Source: Desulfobacteraceae bacterium
Lineage (GTDB): Bacteria; Desulfobacterota; Desulfobacteria; Desulfobacterales; JACKCP01
NCBI GenBank assembly: GCA_020633955.1
Contig: JACKCP010000011.1
Coordinates: 24,027 to 88,026 of the forward strand
Length of the DNA stretch: 64,000 bases
Direction: 5' to 3'
Position numbers and translations under genes: made by a program
In this document: one piece after another, positions 1-11,338 of the stretch
Numbering within the stretch: position 1 is the stretch's first letter
How the letters are laid out: every line of letters begins with the position of its first letter
The notes under the pieces: model-generated
The model's database searches: none
The model's input: only the letters and a program-made list of their open reading frames with translations
Told to the model about the DNA's origin: nothing

Positions 1-248
1 ATAAAATAGCAGCTATCTCAGACTTAAGGGGAACAATTATCACAAGCTGAGCATAACAACATGAAATAACAGAAAAAAACATATATATATTTTTTAGTTT
101 ACAAACTTTAAACTGCAATAAAATTGCTTTAACAATTGTTATTACTTGAATATAAACAAAATTTGCGTTAATAACCAATAACATTGTATTTATTTATAAA
201 TCACACAAAATTCAAACCTAAAAGAATTAAATCAAAAGGAGCACAAGT

Positions 249-803
249 ATGAAAAGATTACTAGCTGTTTTAATTATTTCATTTATGCTGGCATCGACAG
301 TTTCAGCCCAGGAAGTTGGAGGTATTAATTTTTCAGATCAGATGACAATTTCTGGTAAAAATATGGTTCTAAACGGAGCAGGACTCAGAAAAAAAGCTTT
401 TATAAAAGTTTATGCATGCGGCCTTTATCTCAACGAAAAATCAAGTGATGCCAATGCCATTATCAATGCTGATGATCCAATGGCAATCAGACTTGTAATT
501 ACAACAGGCCTTGTTTCAAAAGAAAAAATGCAAAGTGCTATGACAGAAGGATTTGAAGCCTCAACTAACGGTAATCAGGCAGCACTCCAGTCTCAAATAG
601 ACGCCTTCAACAAGTGCTTTAGTGACGAAATAGTCAAGGAAGATGAATTTTTGATGACATATGTTCCAGGAACAGGTGTGGTAGTTTCTAAAAACGGAAC
701 AGAAAAAGGAGTTATTCAGGGACTTGATTTCAAAAAGGCTCTTTTTGGAATCTGGCTTGGAGATAAACCTGCTGATGATGATTTAAAAGAAGATATGATT
801 TAA
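249..803 (+). CDS. secreted chalcone-isomerase-like family protein
   Basis: 184-aa ORF with AAGGAG RBS upstream. It has a signal peptide MKRLLAVLIISFMLASTVSA/QE. The KAFIKVYACGLYL block is typical of bacterial chalcone-isomerase-like periplasmic proteins. Confidence 0.7.
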   Translation: MKRLLAVLIISFMLASTVSAQEVGGINFSDQMTISGKNMVLNGAGLRKKAFIKVYACGLYLNEKSSDANAIINADDPMAIRLVITTGLVSKEKMQSAMTEGFEASTNGNQAALQSQIDAFNKCFSDEIVKEDEFLMTYVPGTGVVVSKNGTEKGVIQGLDFKKALFGIWLGDKPADDDLKEDMI

Positions 804-816
804 TAATTATAATTTA

Positions 817-839
817 GAGCGGAATTCTTTATTCCGCTC
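817..839. terminator. hairpin between convergent genes (possible bidirectional terminator)
   Basis: gagcggaat-tcttt-attccgctc forms a perfect 9-bp stem with a 5-nt loop, 14 nt after the stop at 803. The flanking U-runs are weak. Confidence 0.4.
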
Positions 840-862
840 ATAAAATAAAATTTATCAATAAA

Positions 863-1546
863 TTAACTCTTGAAATCTTCCTCTGCTTCCTTTGCAAAAT
901 CACCTGATACAGTTTTATCAAGTTTTGTGAAAAGATTTTTATATACATCAAGAGATCTTCTTAAAATTTCATCAAAAGGAAGCTCGTCAAAATAACCAAA
1001 ATCTTTGATATATGACATATGCTTTCTTCCAGTCTCATCAAATTCATGAAAAAGAGAATCATTCTCACCGTCAAAATCAAGAGGTTTTACCCTGAATTTT
1101 TCACACAATTCCCTGTTAAAGGTAGGAGTTGCCTTGATCCATTTACCGTTTAAATAAAGCTCTGTATATCCATGATAATAAAAAGTATCAGTACCCATTA
1201 TCTCTTTTAGTCTTTTTGTAGTGAGATGATTTTTGACATCTGCCAGACCAAGTCTTGCTGGAATATTTGCAGCTCTTAAAACAGCACATAATGCAACAGC
1301 TTTTGCTACACAATACCCTTTTTTTCTTTCAATTATTGAACTTGCCTTCATTCCGTTTCTTGTAAAATCAATATCATATGGACTATAATAAATCTGGTCT
1401 CTAACTGCATAAAAAAGAGCTTTTGCCTTTTCCTTTAAAGACATCCCCTCTTCAGTGTTTTCTGCTGCAAAAGCCTTAACAGCAAAATGATCAGAGTCTA
1501 TGAAAAAAGTAGGCTCCAGATAAAAATCAGGATTTTTTTCTTCCAT
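863..1546 (-). CDS. transglutaminase-like domain protein (putative cysteine protease fold)
   Basis: 227-aa ORF. The KKGYCVAKAVALCAVLRAANIPARL block matches the transglutaminase-core Cys region, with downstream H/D-containing segments. Confidence 0.7.
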   Translation of the reverse strand: MEEKNPDFYLEPTFFIDSDHFAVKAFAAENTEEGMSLKEKAKALFYAVRDQIYYSPYDIDFTRNGMKASSIIERKKGYCVAKAVALCAVLRAANIPARLGLADVKNHLTTKRLKEIMGTDTFYYHGYTELYLNGKWIKATPTFNRELCEKFRVKPLDFDGENDSLFHEFDETGRKHMSYIKDFGYFDELPFDEILRRSLDVYKNLFTKLDKTVSGDFAKEAEEDFKS

Positions 1547-1561
1547 ACCAGTTCTCCCTTT

Positions 1562-2983
1562 TTATAAATCAAAATTTTTATAAACATGGGCTCTTAAATC
1601 ATTTAAAAGGGCCCTGTCCGATTCAATTGGATCTGAGTTTAGCAACTCATCAATTTTGGATACAGCATCCTTTGGCAGTATCCTCTTATTTCCCATGTAG
1701 TCTAGAGGAGCAGATTCGCTATCAACTGGATTTATTTTTGAAAAATATTGCTTTTTTTCTTCCATAATTTCTTCAAACAAGGAAACGTCATAATTCCTAA
1801 AAAGAATTCTTTGACCAAGCTTTTTATTTATTTCATCAAGGCTGCTTAAAATTTTCACTTTATCTTCAAGTTCTGCTTCAATAAAAAATCTGCATTTTTC
1901 TGATTCATAGTCATTTAAAAAGCCCCGCTCATATAAAAAAGCATCCTCATCAACATTATCAATTTCAGGATATCTGTAATTTAAGTGATATTTACAGACA
2001 TCAGCAAAGATTTCCTGGTTTTTTTCAAAAAAACTCAGATTTTCCATAAAAAGCTTTAATTTATCCTTGCTCAATTTTGATTTAAACCTGTCATAAAAGG
2101 GAAGAATAAAAGGTGGTTCTCCAAATTTTTTTCTTACAACAAAAGTTTTTTCCTCTATATTTTCCTTTGTAAGATTTAAAATTTCTTCAGAATCAAGCCT
2201 CAGCCACACCATTTGATTGGAGTATGGGACAGAATTTCCAAGGCAAAGAAAAGGAGCCATGAAATTATTTTCAAACCCAATTTTACCATGAATAAAAATT
2301 CCTGCTCTGTGTATTCCAAACCTGCTTTGAAAAGCCTGTTCTACAGACTCACTTCTCTTTTTATCCTTATTTTTTACAAAAAAATCAGTTAAATACTCAA
2401 AAACTTTTTTTTCTCTTGAAAAAAGCTTTGCAAGATTAAGTGTTGCCTCAACATCTGCCAGCGCATCGTGTGCTGTTCCCTTTGTTAAACTATTTAATGG
2501 AATAAGATTTTCAAGTTTAAGTGACACTTTCCCGTCAAAAACAGGCCAGACAGCAGAATTATTTGAAAAAAGATAATAAAACACTGCTATTGGATAAATA
2601 TCCATTCTTGAACAGTTATTTTTAAACTGATGGGTATAAGGGGGCAAAAGATTTCTGTAAAATGAAAACCTTAAAAACTCATCATCAAAACCAAGAGTAT
2701 TGTATCCAAGAGAAATTGTTCCAGGTGTATTCATGAGCCTGTGGATTTCTTTTACAGCCTCAAATTCACCTAAACCGTCTTTAAGCTGCTTTGGCCCCAT
2801 CTTATGAACTAAAAGAGCTTCCGGTGAAATAATTATATCGTCTCTTAAAGCAATTTTAAAATTATGTGTTTCTAGAATGTTAAAACCAAGATCTGTCCTA
2901 ATTGCTGCAAACTGAACAATCTGATCAAAACACTTGCTAAGACCGCTTGTTTCAATATCATAAAAAAGATATGTATTTTTCAT
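1562..2983 (-). CDS. sbcB: exodeoxyribonuclease I
   Basis: 473 aa, the length of ExoI. DEDDh motifs are present: FYDIETSGL, LGYNTLGFDDEFLRFSFYRN, AHDALADVEAT. Collinear with E. coli SbcB by eye. Confidence 0.85.
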   Translation of the reverse strand: MKNTYLFYDIETSGLSKCFDQIVQFAAIRTDLGFNILETHNFKIALRDDIIISPEALLVHKMGPKQLKDGLGEFEAVKEIHRLMNTPGTISLGYNTLGFDDEFLRFSFYRNLLPPYTHQFKNNCSRMDIYPIAVFYYLFSNNSAVWPVFDGKVSLKLENLIPLNSLTKGTAHDALADVEATLNLAKLFSREKKVFEYLTDFFVKNKDKKRSESVEQAFQSRFGIHRAGIFIHGKIGFENNFMAPFLCLGNSVPYSNQMVWLRLDSEEILNLTKENIEEKTFVVRKKFGEPPFILPFYDRFKSKLSKDKLKLFMENLSFFEKNQEIFADVCKYHLNYRYPEIDNVDEDAFLYERGFLNDYESEKCRFFIEAELEDKVKILSSLDEINKKLGQRILFRNYDVSLFEEIMEEKKQYFSKINPVDSESAPLDYMGNKRILPKDAVSKIDELLNSDPIESDRALLNDLRAHVYKNFDL

Positions 2984-2987
2984 TTAT

Positions 2988-3692
2988 TCAAATTACCTCA
3001 AGATTATCATCCAAGCACCATTTACCATAAACTGCAGGATTTTTTTCAGTCAACTCCTTTAAATACCCCAAAAATTCTTTTCTTGGAATTTCAACGGCAC
3101 CAAATCTTTTCAGATTATCCGTTTTCACCTGACAGTCAATTATTGGGAAATTCCATTTTTCAAGCTGCCTTACAAGATATACAAAACCTGTTTTTGATGC
3201 ATCTGGTTCAAGTGTAAACATAGATTCTCCAAAAAAAACACTTCCTATTGATACACCATAGAGTCCGCCGCAAATTTTAGAGCCATTCCAGACTTCTACT
3301 GAATGTGCATAACCCATTTCATGGAGTTTTATGTATGAATTTTCCATTTCTTCTGTAATCCAGGTTTCCTCATTTTTATTTGTTCTAATTCTGGCACACA
3401 TTTTTATTACATATTCAAAATTTTTGTCAAAACTCACAGAAAATTTATGTTTTTTTATGGATTTTTTAAGTGACTTTGAAATATGCAGATTTTTTGTGAA
3501 TAAAACCATTCTTGGGTCTGGTGACCACCAGAGATAAGGACTGAAATTATCAAACCAGGGGAAAATACCTTTTTGGTATGCAGCTAAAATACGATCAGGC
3601 TCAAGTCCTCCTCCAATTGCAAGAAGTCCGGAACTTTCTGCAAACTCAGGAGGAGGAAAAGAAATTCTTGAAGTAAGTTCAAAAACAGGCAT
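2988..3692 (-). CDS. aat: leucyl/phenylalanyl-tRNA--protein transferase
   Basis: 234 aa. Shows the GLLAIGGGLEPDRILAAYQKGIFPWF and GESMF signature blocks of L/F-transferase. Its start codon shares one nucleotide (3692) with the clpA stop codon. Confidence 0.9.
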   Translation of the reverse strand: MPVFELTSRISFPPPEFAESSGLLAIGGGLEPDRILAAYQKGIFPWFDNFSPYLWWSPDPRMVLFTKNLHISKSLKKSIKKHKFSVSFDKNFEYVIKMCARIRTNKNEETWITEEMENSYIKLHEMGYAHSVEVWNGSKICGGLYGVSIGSVFFGESMFTLEPDASKTGFVYLVRQLEKWNFPIIDCQVKTDNLKRFGAVEIPRKEFLGYLKELTEKNPAVYGKWCLDDNLEVI

Positions 3693-5935
3693 CAGCTCTT
3701 TTTAAAAGTAAAAGTAAAACTGCCGTTTCTGCAGCCTATTGTTACTTTTCCTCCATTGGAAATTTCACCAAACAAAATTTCATCTACCATTTTATCTTTT
3801 ATTTCAGTCTGAATAAGTCTTGCAAGAGGCCTTGCACCAAAAGTTGAATCATAACCTTTTTCAGCAAGAAGCTCCTTCGCCTTTCTGGTTACCTTTACAA
3901 TAATATTTTTTTCTTCAAGTGAAGAGCTCATTTCAGCTGCAAATTTTTCAACAACTTTGATCATTATGGCTTTATCAAGAGAATTAAAATAAACTATTTC
4001 ATCAAGCCTGTTTCTGAATTCAGGCGGGAAAGTTCTGCCAAGGGCATTTTTACCTTTTGAAAGAGAATCATCTTTCATATTTCCAAACCCAATTGATTTA
4101 GATGCCATTTCCCTGGCTCCGGCATTTGATGTCATCATTAAAATAACGTTTCTGAAATCTGCATGCCTGCCGTTATTGTCTGTAAGCTTTCCATAATCCA
4201 TAACCTGAAGAAGGATATTGTAAATATCTGGGTGAGCCTTCTCAATTTCATCTAAAAGAAGGACACTATGTGGTTTTTTCCTTATGGAGTCAGTCAGAAG
4301 ACCGCCCTGATCAAATCCTACATATCCTGGAGGAGCACCAATAAGTCTTGCAACTGAATGCTTTTCCATATACTCGGACATATCAAATCTTAAAAAATTA
4401 ATGCCAAGTGTTTTTGCAACCTGCTTTGCAAGCTCTGTTTTCCCAACTCCAGTGGGCCCTGTAAAGAGAAAGGAGCCTATTGGCTTTTCCATGTTTCCAA
4501 GGCCAGCCTTTGATCTTTTTATTGCTGAAACAACAGCTTCAACAGCGCTGTCCTGTCCAAAAAGAAATTTTTTAATTTCACTTTCAAGCTTTGCAAGCTT
4601 ATTTTTATCATTTCCAGTCATTTGCTGAAGAGGAACTTTTGCCATTTTAGAAACAACATCTGTTATTTCCTTTTCACTGATAAAATCTATTTTTTTATCA
4701 GAAAGTGCTGTCATTGCTCCTACTTCATCAATCACATCAATTGCCTTATCAGGCAGATATCTCTCATTTAAGTGCCGTAAAGATAGTTTTACAGCTGACT
4801 CGATTGCATCTTCAGAGTACTTTATTCCATGAAACATTTCATAACTTGATTTAAGACCTTTTAAAATCTCAATTGTTTCCTCTTCTGAAGGCTCTGATAC
4901 ATCAATTTTTTCAAATCTTCTTGAAAGTGCCCTGTCCTTTTCAAAATGGTTTTTAAATTCCTCATGGGTTGTTGAACCAATACACCTGAAACTTCCGCTG
5001 GTAAGTGAGGGTTTTAATATATTTGAGGCATCCATTGAGCCTGAATTTGTTGCACCAGCTCCAACTATTGTGTGTATTTCATCAATAAAAAGAATAGCAT
5101 CATCAATTTCTTCAAGCTCAATAAGTACTCTTTTAAGCCTTTGTTCAAAATCTCCCCTGAACTTTGTTCCGGCTAAAAGAGCACCAAGATCAAGTGAAAA
5201 AATTTTAGAATTCATAAGCTTATCCGGGACATCTCCCTCAAATATTTTTCTTGCAAGCCCTTCTGCAATTGCTGTTTTGCCGACTCCAGGGTCTCCAACA
5301 TAAACAGGGTTGTTTTTTCTTCTTCTGCATAAAACCTGCATTGTTCTTTTAAGCTCATCTTCCCTGCCGATAAGTGGATCAATTTTTCCTGAAGCTGCCT
5401 TTGCAATCATATCAACTGTGTATAAGGAAAGTGCTGAGCTGTCTTTTTTCACCTGATCGTCCTGGGTTACATTATCAAAACCGATCCTGTCTTTTGAAGA
5501 CCTCTCAGAACCCTGACCATGGGAAATATAATTTAAAATATCAATTCTTGTAATGCTTTCCTTTTTCAAAAAAAACACTGCATGAGAATATTCTTCCTCA
5601 AAAATTGAAACTAAAATATCTCCTACATTTATTGTCTGTTTTTCCGCTGCCCTTGCATGATTTACAGCTCTTTGTATTACTCGCTGAAAACCTATAGTCT
5701 GCTGGAGAACATAATTTGAATCCTTTGGCATGCTCTCAAGGTGTTCGTCAAAATATGTCTTGAGATCAGACTTCAGTATATGAATATTTCCTCCGCATGA
5801 CTCAATAATTTCAACTCCGTATGCATCATGAAGAATTGCAAAAAGAACATGCTCAACACAAACATATTCATGTCTTCTTTTTTTGGCTTCTCTTACAGCA
5901 AAACCAAGAGTAGCACTTAATTCCTTGCTTATCAT
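3692..5935 (-). CDS. clpA: ATP-dependent Clp protease ATP-binding subunit ClpA
   Basis: 747 aa with two AAA+ modules ([15 protein letters not shown] and [13 protein letters not shown] Walker A) and a Clp N-domain. There is no long middle coiled coil, unlike ClpB. It lies directly downstream of clpS. Confidence 0.93.
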   Translation of the reverse strand: MISKELSATLGFAVREAKKRRHEYVCVEHVLFAILHDAYGVEIIESCGGNIHILKSDLKTYFDEHLESMPKDSNYVLQQTIGFQRVIQRAVNHARAAEKQTINVGDILVSIFEEEYSHAVFFLKKESITRIDILNYISHGQGSERSSKDRIGFDNVTQDDQVKKDSSALSLYTVDMIAKAASGKIDPLIGREDELKRTMQVLCRRRKNNPVYVGDPGVGKTAIAEGLARKIFEGDVPDKLMNSKIFSLDLGALLAGTKFRGDFEQRLKRVLIELEEIDDAILFIDEIHTIVGAGATNSGSMDASNILKPSLTSGSFRCIGSTTHEEFKNHFEKDRALSRRFEKIDVSEPSEEETIEILKGLKSSYEMFHGIKYSEDAIESAVKLSLRHLNERYLPDKAIDVIDEVGAMTALSDKKIDFISEKEITDVVSKMAKVPLQQMTGNDKNKLAKLESEIKKFLFGQDSAVEAVVSAIKRSKAGLGNMEKPIGSFLFTGPTGVGKTELAKQVAKTLGINFLRFDMSEYMEKHSVARLIGAPPGYVGFDQGGLLTDSIRKKPHSVLLLDEIEKAHPDIYNILLQVMDYGKLTDNNGRHADFRNVILMMTSNAGAREMASKSIGFGNMKDDSLSKGKNALGRTFPPEFRNRLDEIVYFNSLDKAIMIKVVEKFAAEMSSSLEEKNIIVKVTRKAKELLAEKGYDSTFGARPLARLIQTEIKDKMVDEILFGEISNGGKVTIGCRNGSFTFTFKKS

Positions 5936-5938
5936 ATG

Positions 5939-6253
5939 TTATGCCTTCTCCATTGTACTTTTTAATGGAAACCCGCTGTTTTTTGCAAGAGCTGTGACTG
6001 TTTCCACTTTGGTTTCGGCTAATTCATAAGGATATACTCCGCAAATTCCAACACCTTTTTTATGAACATTGAGCATTATTTTTTCAGCTTCCAGCTGAGA
6101 TTTATGAAAAACTGTTATCAGAATATCAACGACAAAATCCATAGTTGTATAATCATCATTATGTAAAAGCACTTTATATAAAGGAGGTTCCGTTATCTTT
6201 TCCGAGATATCAGATACTACCTCCTGTTCTGTACCCGGATTTTTTACTGCCAT
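5939..6253 (-). CDS. clpS: ATP-dependent Clp protease adaptor ClpS
   Basis: 104 aa. The PPLYKVLLHNDDYTTMDFVVDIL block is the classic ClpS core. There is a 3-nt gap to clpA. Confidence 0.9.
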   Translation of the reverse strand: MAVKNPGTEQEVVSDISEKITEPPLYKVLLHNDDYTTMDFVVDILITVFHKSQLEAEKIMLNVHKKGVGICGVYPYELAETKVETVTALAKNSGFPLKSTMEKA

Positions 6254-6317
6254 TCTTTCCCCCTCTGATTTATTTCTTTTTTATTAATCCTAAACATTAA
6301 ATTTACTTAAATCAAGC

Positions 6318-8858
6318 TTATGCACCACAGCATTTCTTATATTTTTTACCACTGCCGCATGGGCAAAGATCGTTTCTGCCTATTTTGGGCTCATTTCTGA
6401 CTACTGTTTTGGCTCCGTTATCAGCGTCACTGCCGCTGGAAAAAACCATTTCATCCTCAGAGACTTCTGAAAAGACAGGCCTTCTTTCCTCTTCATAACC
6501 ATTTTGAATCTCTATTCTCATTAGAATATTAACAATGTCGTCCTGTATTTTTTCAATCATGGACTGAAACATTGAAAAGCCTTCTCTTTTATAGATAATT
6601 AAAGGATTTTGCTGTGCATATCCTCTAAGTCCTATCCCTTCTTTTAAATGATCCATATTAAGAAGATGATCCTTCCACAAAGAATCAACAGTCTGGAGCA
6701 TAATAAAATGCTCAAGCTCTCTCATATTAACAGAGCCAATTGTATTTTCCTTTCTATTGTACTCATCCATGGCTTTTTTATAAATAAGCTCTGCAAGATC
6801 ATCTTCCGTTAAATTTTCAATATCAATACCCTGATCATCGAGATTAAGACTTATATCTTTTTTTACCTTTTCTCTAAATTCATTAAATCCGTATGACTGG
6901 GTTTTATCTTCATTTTTAGAACTTATAAATGCTGCTGCAATTGAGTATGATTTTCTTTCAATAATCTCTGAAATCTTTTCTTTGAGATTCTCATTGGTAA
7001 GAGCCTCTTTTCTTTCCCTGTAAATAACCTCTCTTTGGGCATTCATTACATCATCATACTCAAGAAGATGCTTTCTGATATCAAAGTTGTGTCCTTCAAC
7101 TTTTTTCTGTGCATTTTCAATTGCTCTGGAAATAATCCCATGTTCAATGGTTTCGCCTTCCTTCATTCCAAGACGGTCCATAACCTTTGTTATTCGTTCC
7201 CCTCCAAAAATTCTCAAAAGGTCATCTTCAAGGGAGAGGTAAAACCTTGATGAGCCGGGATCTCCCTGACGTCCCGAACGTCCTCTTAACTGATTATCTA
7301 TTCGTCTTGATTCATGTCTTTCAGTACCGATTATATGAAGACCTCCAAGATCAATAACACCTTCTCCAAGAACAATGTCAGTTCCACGTCCCGCCATATT
7401 GGTTGAAATAGTTACAGATTTTTTCTGGCCTGCCAAAGCAACAATTTCAGCTTCTTTCTCATGGTGCTTGGCATTTAAAACTTCGTGGGGAATGCCTCTT
7501 TTTTTAAGCATTTTACTGAAAAACTCAGAGACATCAATTGAGATTGTACCAACAAGGACCGGCTGACCTTTTTTATAACATTCTGTAATTTCTGCTATTG
7601 CAGCCTCAAATTTTTCTTTTTTTGTTTTATAAATCACATCTGGATAATCGTTTCTTATAAGAGGCTTATTTGTTGGAATAACAACAACTTCAAGGCCGTA
7701 AATCTCGGCAAATTCTTTTGCTTCTGTTTCAGCCGTTCCTGTCATACCGCTCAATTTATTGTACATTCTAAAGTAATTCTGAAAAGTGATTGAAGCAAGG
7801 GTCTGATTCTCATTTTCTATCTTCACATTTTCCTTTGCTTCAAGGGCCTGATGAAGGCCTTCGCTGAATCTTCTGCCTGGCATAAGCCTTCCTGTAAACT
7901 CATCGACAATTACAACCTGTCCTTCATTTACAATATAATCAACGTCTCTTTTAAAAATTGTATGTGCCTTGAGTGACTGATTGATGTGATGAAGAGTTTC
8001 TATGTGAGAAGGATCGTAAATATTTTTTATACCAAGCTCAGCCTCAATTTTTAAAATCCCATCATCTGTCAGAAGAACATTTTTATCTTTTTCATCAACT
8101 GTATAATCAGTATCTTTATTTAATTTTCTTACAACCAGATCAGCCATATGATAAAGGTCTGTTGATTTTTCTGCAGGACCGGAGATTATAAGAGGTGTTC
8201 TTGCTTCATCTATCAAAATCGAGTCGACCTCATCAACTACTGCAAAGTTGAGCTCTCTTTGGACAAGGTCTTCTTTCCTGAATTTCATATTATCCCTAAG
8301 ATAGTCAAAACCAAACTCATTATTGGTTCCATAAACTATATCACAATTATAGGCTTCTTTTCTTTCCCTGTCATTGAGGCCGTGAATAATAACTCCAACT
8401 GAAAGCCCAAGAAAACCAAAAATTTTCCCCATCCATTGGGAGTCTCTTCTTGCAAGATAATCGTTTACTGTAATTATATGAACTCCCTTGCCAGTTATTG
8501 CATTAAGATATGCGGGAAGAGTAGCAACAAGAGTTTTACCTTCACCGGTCTTCATTTCTGCAATATTTCCCTCATGGAGAACAACACCGCCAACTATCTG
8601 GCAGTCAAAATGTCTCATATCAAGAACTCTTTTAGAAGCTTCCCTGACAACTGAAAATGCCTCAGGAAGGATTGATTCTAAAGTTTCACCTTCCAAATAC
8701 CTTTTTTTAAACTCAATTGTCTTTTCTTTTAATTCTTCATCTGAAAGCTCAAGAATTGATGATTCAAAACTGTTAACTTCTTCAACTATTCTGGCTATTC
8801 GCTTAAGCTGCCTGTCATTTCTTGTTCCAAATAAAGCTTTTAACAGATTTACTATCAT
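6318..8858 (-). CDS. secA: preprotein translocase ATPase SecA
   Basis: 846 aa. Shows [14 protein letters not shown] Walker [20 protein letters not shown] and [10 protein letters not shown]. It has a C-terminal SEC-C zinc motif [20 protein letters not shown]. Confidence 0.97.
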   Translation of the reverse strand: MIVNLLKALFGTRNDRQLKRIARIVEEVNSFESSILELSDEELKEKTIEFKKRYLEGETLESILPEAFSVVREASKRVLDMRHFDCQIVGGVVLHEGNIAEMKTGEGKTLVATLPAYLNAITGKGVHIITVNDYLARRDSQWMGKIFGFLGLSVGVIIHGLNDRERKEAYNCDIVYGTNNEFGFDYLRDNMKFRKEDLVQRELNFAVVDEVDSILIDEARTPLIISGPAEKSTDLYHMADLVVRKLNKDTDYTVDEKDKNVLLTDDGILKIEAELGIKNIYDPSHIETLHHINQSLKAHTIFKRDVDYIVNEGQVVIVDEFTGRLMPGRRFSEGLHQALEAKENVKIENENQTLASITFQNYFRMYNKLSGMTGTAETEAKEFAEIYGLEVVVIPTNKPLIRNDYPDVIYKTKKEKFEAAIAEITECYKKGQPVLVGTISIDVSEFFSKMLKKRGIPHEVLNAKHHEKEAEIVALAGQKKSVTISTNMAGRGTDIVLGEGVIDLGGLHIIGTERHESRRIDNQLRGRSGRQGDPGSSRFYLSLEDDLLRIFGGERITKVMDRLGMKEGETIEHGIISRAIENAQKKVEGHNFDIRKHLLEYDDVMNAQREVIYRERKEALTNENLKEKISEIIERKSYSIAAAFISSKNEDKTQSYGFNEFREKVKKDISLNLDDQGIDIENLTEDDLAELIYKKAMDEYNRKENTIGSVNMRELEHFIMLQTVDSLWKDHLLNMDHLKEGIGLRGYAQQNPLIIYKREGFSMFQSMIEKIQDDIVNILMRIEIQNGYEEERRPVFSEVSEDEMVFSSGSDADNGAKTVVRNEPKIGRNDLCPCGSGKKYKKCCGA

Positions 8859-9297
8859 TTTGATTCCTTATAAATTGTAATTTGCAACCAGGACATGTTG
8901 CTGATGTTGAACCAGACCTAATCAATCCATAATCCAAATTTAAATATTTTACAGGATCAATTTAAAGGCAGGAAAACTTTGTTAAATAAATATTTTGTCA
9001 ATATAACCACTGAATATCCAATGTAAATTCCTGTTTACTATTTACATTGGACAAAAAAATTTTTTTTAAGTCAAATTCCTTGCAAAAGGATTATTTTCTA
9101 AGCCTGTCTGTATCAGATGCAAAATTTGCCTAAAATACTAAACATATATTGTGCAAGGTTAATTTTTTATCTTCCTTGAACTGAAAAAAACCTTGTTATC
9201 AGTTAATGATTAAATAAACCAGAAAACATCTCATTATCATCAGTGATAAACAAGAAATATTTATAAAACAATTATACCAAAATATCAAAACCAAAAA

Positions 9298-9324
9298 CCC
9301 TCCTTCAAGATTTATTGAGGAGGG
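9298..9324 (-). terminator. rho-independent terminator downstream of the M23 peptidase gene
   Basis: On the minus strand the sequence is CCCTCCT-caataaatcttga-AGGAGGG followed by TTTTTGGTTTTG. It lies 70 nt after the stop at 9397. Confidence 0.5.
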
Positions 9325-9396
9325 CTTTATTTTTTAATTTTTCATAGTTCCTATAAAAAAAAAGACAGTAAAAACTCAGTGTTCATTAAAAAACAA

Positions 9397-10326
9397 TCAA
9401 TCAAGGATATATTTTTCAGGATTAACAGGACGTCCATTTACGTATATTACGTAATGGAGATGAGGCCCGGTACTTCTGCCTGAATTACCCATTTTTGCAA
9501 TCTGATGACCCCTTTTCACCTTTTGACCTGCCTTGACAAGAGCCTCATCAAGATGACCGTATTTTGTAATTATTCCATGTCCATGGTCAATAAGAACCGC
9601 ATTCCCTAAAAGACCTCTTTTGCCAACAAAAGAAACAATGCCGTCTGCAGGTGCAATAATTGAAGTTCCTTTTCTGTTTGCAATATCATATCCTTCATGA
9701 AATTCTTTTTTACCGGTAAAAGGAGAATCCCTGTAACCAAAGGGAGATGTTATCCAGCCTTTGGCAGGCCTGATTGCGGGAGTTGAGGCAAGCATGCTTC
9801 TTTTAGCTTCAAGTGAACCCAGAAGCTCTTCCATACTTTCAATCTTTACATCGGAAACATTTTTCAGCAAATCGGAGTTTTCAGTCATTTCCCTTACAAG
9901 TGAGCTGTGGGAGTTATCAAGTCCTATTCTGGAATCAATGGGTTCAGGCATAATTCCTCCTATTCCAAAAATTCCATTATCGTCCCTATTGTCATTTTTT
10001 TTGCCCAGATCTGCAATTATTCTTATTTTTTCTTCAAGCTTATCAAGTTTAACAAGGTTATCACGTATGGAGTTGATTTCTTCTGCAAAATAATGAAGCC
10101 TGTTTCTCTGTGACTCTATAAGTTCCTTTTTTCTTTCAAGATCTTTTTGTACCTTTAAAAGCTGCAGGTCGGATTTTTTTACAGATATATAATCATAAGT
10201 CAAAAACATTGCTCCGGAGATAAAAACTACAAGAGCAATCAAACAGGCAGCCGCAAAGCCGCCAGAGAATGAAAGGGTTCTTATTTTACCGCCGTTTATA
10301 ATATTTACTATATATTTTCCAGCCAT
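9397..10326 (-). CDS. M23 family (LytM-type) metallopeptidase with N-terminal TM and coiled coil
   Basis: 309 aa. It has an N-terminal membrane anchor and a coiled coil. The C-terminal LytM domain keeps intact metal ligands (HEGYDI ... GNSGRSTGPHLHY). Confidence 0.85.
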   Translation of the reverse strand: MAGKYIVNIINGGKIRTLSFSGGFAAACLIALVVFISGAMFLTYDYISVKKSDLQLLKVQKDLERKKELIESQRNRLHYFAEEINSIRDNLVKLDKLEEKIRIIADLGKKNDNRDDNGIFGIGGIMPEPIDSRIGLDNSHSSLVREMTENSDLLKNVSDVKIESMEELLGSLEAKRSMLASTPAIRPAKGWITSPFGYRDSPFTGKKEFHEGYDIANRKGTSIIAPADGIVSFVGKRGLLGNAVLIDHGHGIITKYGHLDEALVKAGQKVKRGHQIAKMGNSGRSTGPHLHYVIYVNGRPVNPEKYILD

Positions 10327-10396
10327 AATCAGTCTTTGAGTTAGTGTTTTATATGCATTTAAAAAAAATTAGCATATATTCCAATTAAAAGTCAAT

Positions 10397-11308
10397 TCAA
10401 ACAGAGCTTTTTTCTACTCTTGCAATCATGGACTTCAAGGTATTTTTCATGAGCATTGCTATTGTCATTGGCCCTACTCCGCCAGGCACAGGAGTAATCC
10501 AGCCGGCGATTTTTTTTATCTCATCAAAATCAACATCACCTTTCAAAACTGGAATTTTCTTTCCTGTTTTTTCACTGATCTTTTCTCCCACCCTGTTTAC
10601 ACCAACATCAATTACACAGGCTCCTTTTTTTACCCATTCCGGCTTTACAAGACCTGGAACTCCGGCTGCAACAATAAGAATATCGGCTCTCATGCAATGA
10701 GACTTTAAATCTCTTGTTGCTGTATGAACTATTGTTACTGTAGAATTTGCACCTTCATTTTTCTGCAGCATCATATTAGCTATCGGCTTGCCGACAATAT
10801 TAGATCGGCCCACAACTACAACCTCAGCTCCGTTTGTATCAATACCTGATCTTTTTATCATTTCTATTATTCCAGCAGGCGTGCAGGGAGCAAAAATAAC
10901 TTTTTTCCCAATTATCAGCCTGCCTACGTTAACAGGATGAAAACCGTCAACATCCTTGTCGGGATCAATGGCATTCAAAACTCTCTCTTCATTAATATGT
11001 TTTGGCAATGGAAGCTGCACCAGAATACCGTCTATTGTTTCATCTTCATTATATTTTTTGATTAAAGCAATAAGCTCATTTTCAGAAACATCTTCATTCA
11101 AATTTTCCTGAACTTCTTTAAAACCAACCCTTTCTGCTGTTTTTATTTTCAAGGAAACATATGAAACTGAAGCAGGATTATTGCCTATCAATATTGTAAC
11201 CAGCCCTGGAGGACGATTAAATTTTTCCTTGAGCTCAAGAGTTTTTTCTGAAATTTCATCTAAAATATCTTCACGCAATTTTGTACCACTAATAATTTTT
11301 GCTTCCAT
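10397..11308 (-). CDS. folD: bifunctional methylenetetrahydrofolate dehydrogenase/cyclohydrolase
   Basis: 303 aa. Shows PGLVTILIGNNPASVSYV, GILVQLPLP, VVVGRSNIVGKP and TPVPGGVGPMT blocks. Confidence 0.93.
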   Translation of the reverse strand: MEAKIISGTKLREDILDEISEKTLELKEKFNRPPGLVTILIGNNPASVSYVSLKIKTAERVGFKEVQENLNEDVSENELIALIKKYNEDETIDGILVQLPLPKHINEERVLNAIDPDKDVDGFHPVNVGRLIIGKKVIFAPCTPAGIIEMIKRSGIDTNGAEVVVVGRSNIVGKPIANMMLQKNEGANSTVTIVHTATRDLKSHCMRADILIVAAGVPGLVKPEWVKKGACVIDVGVNRVGEKISEKTGKKIPVLKGDVDFDEIKKIAGWITPVPGGVGPMTIAMLMKNTLKSMIARVEKSSV

Positions 11309-11338
11309 ATTTTTATATCCTTAAAAATTACATTAATA

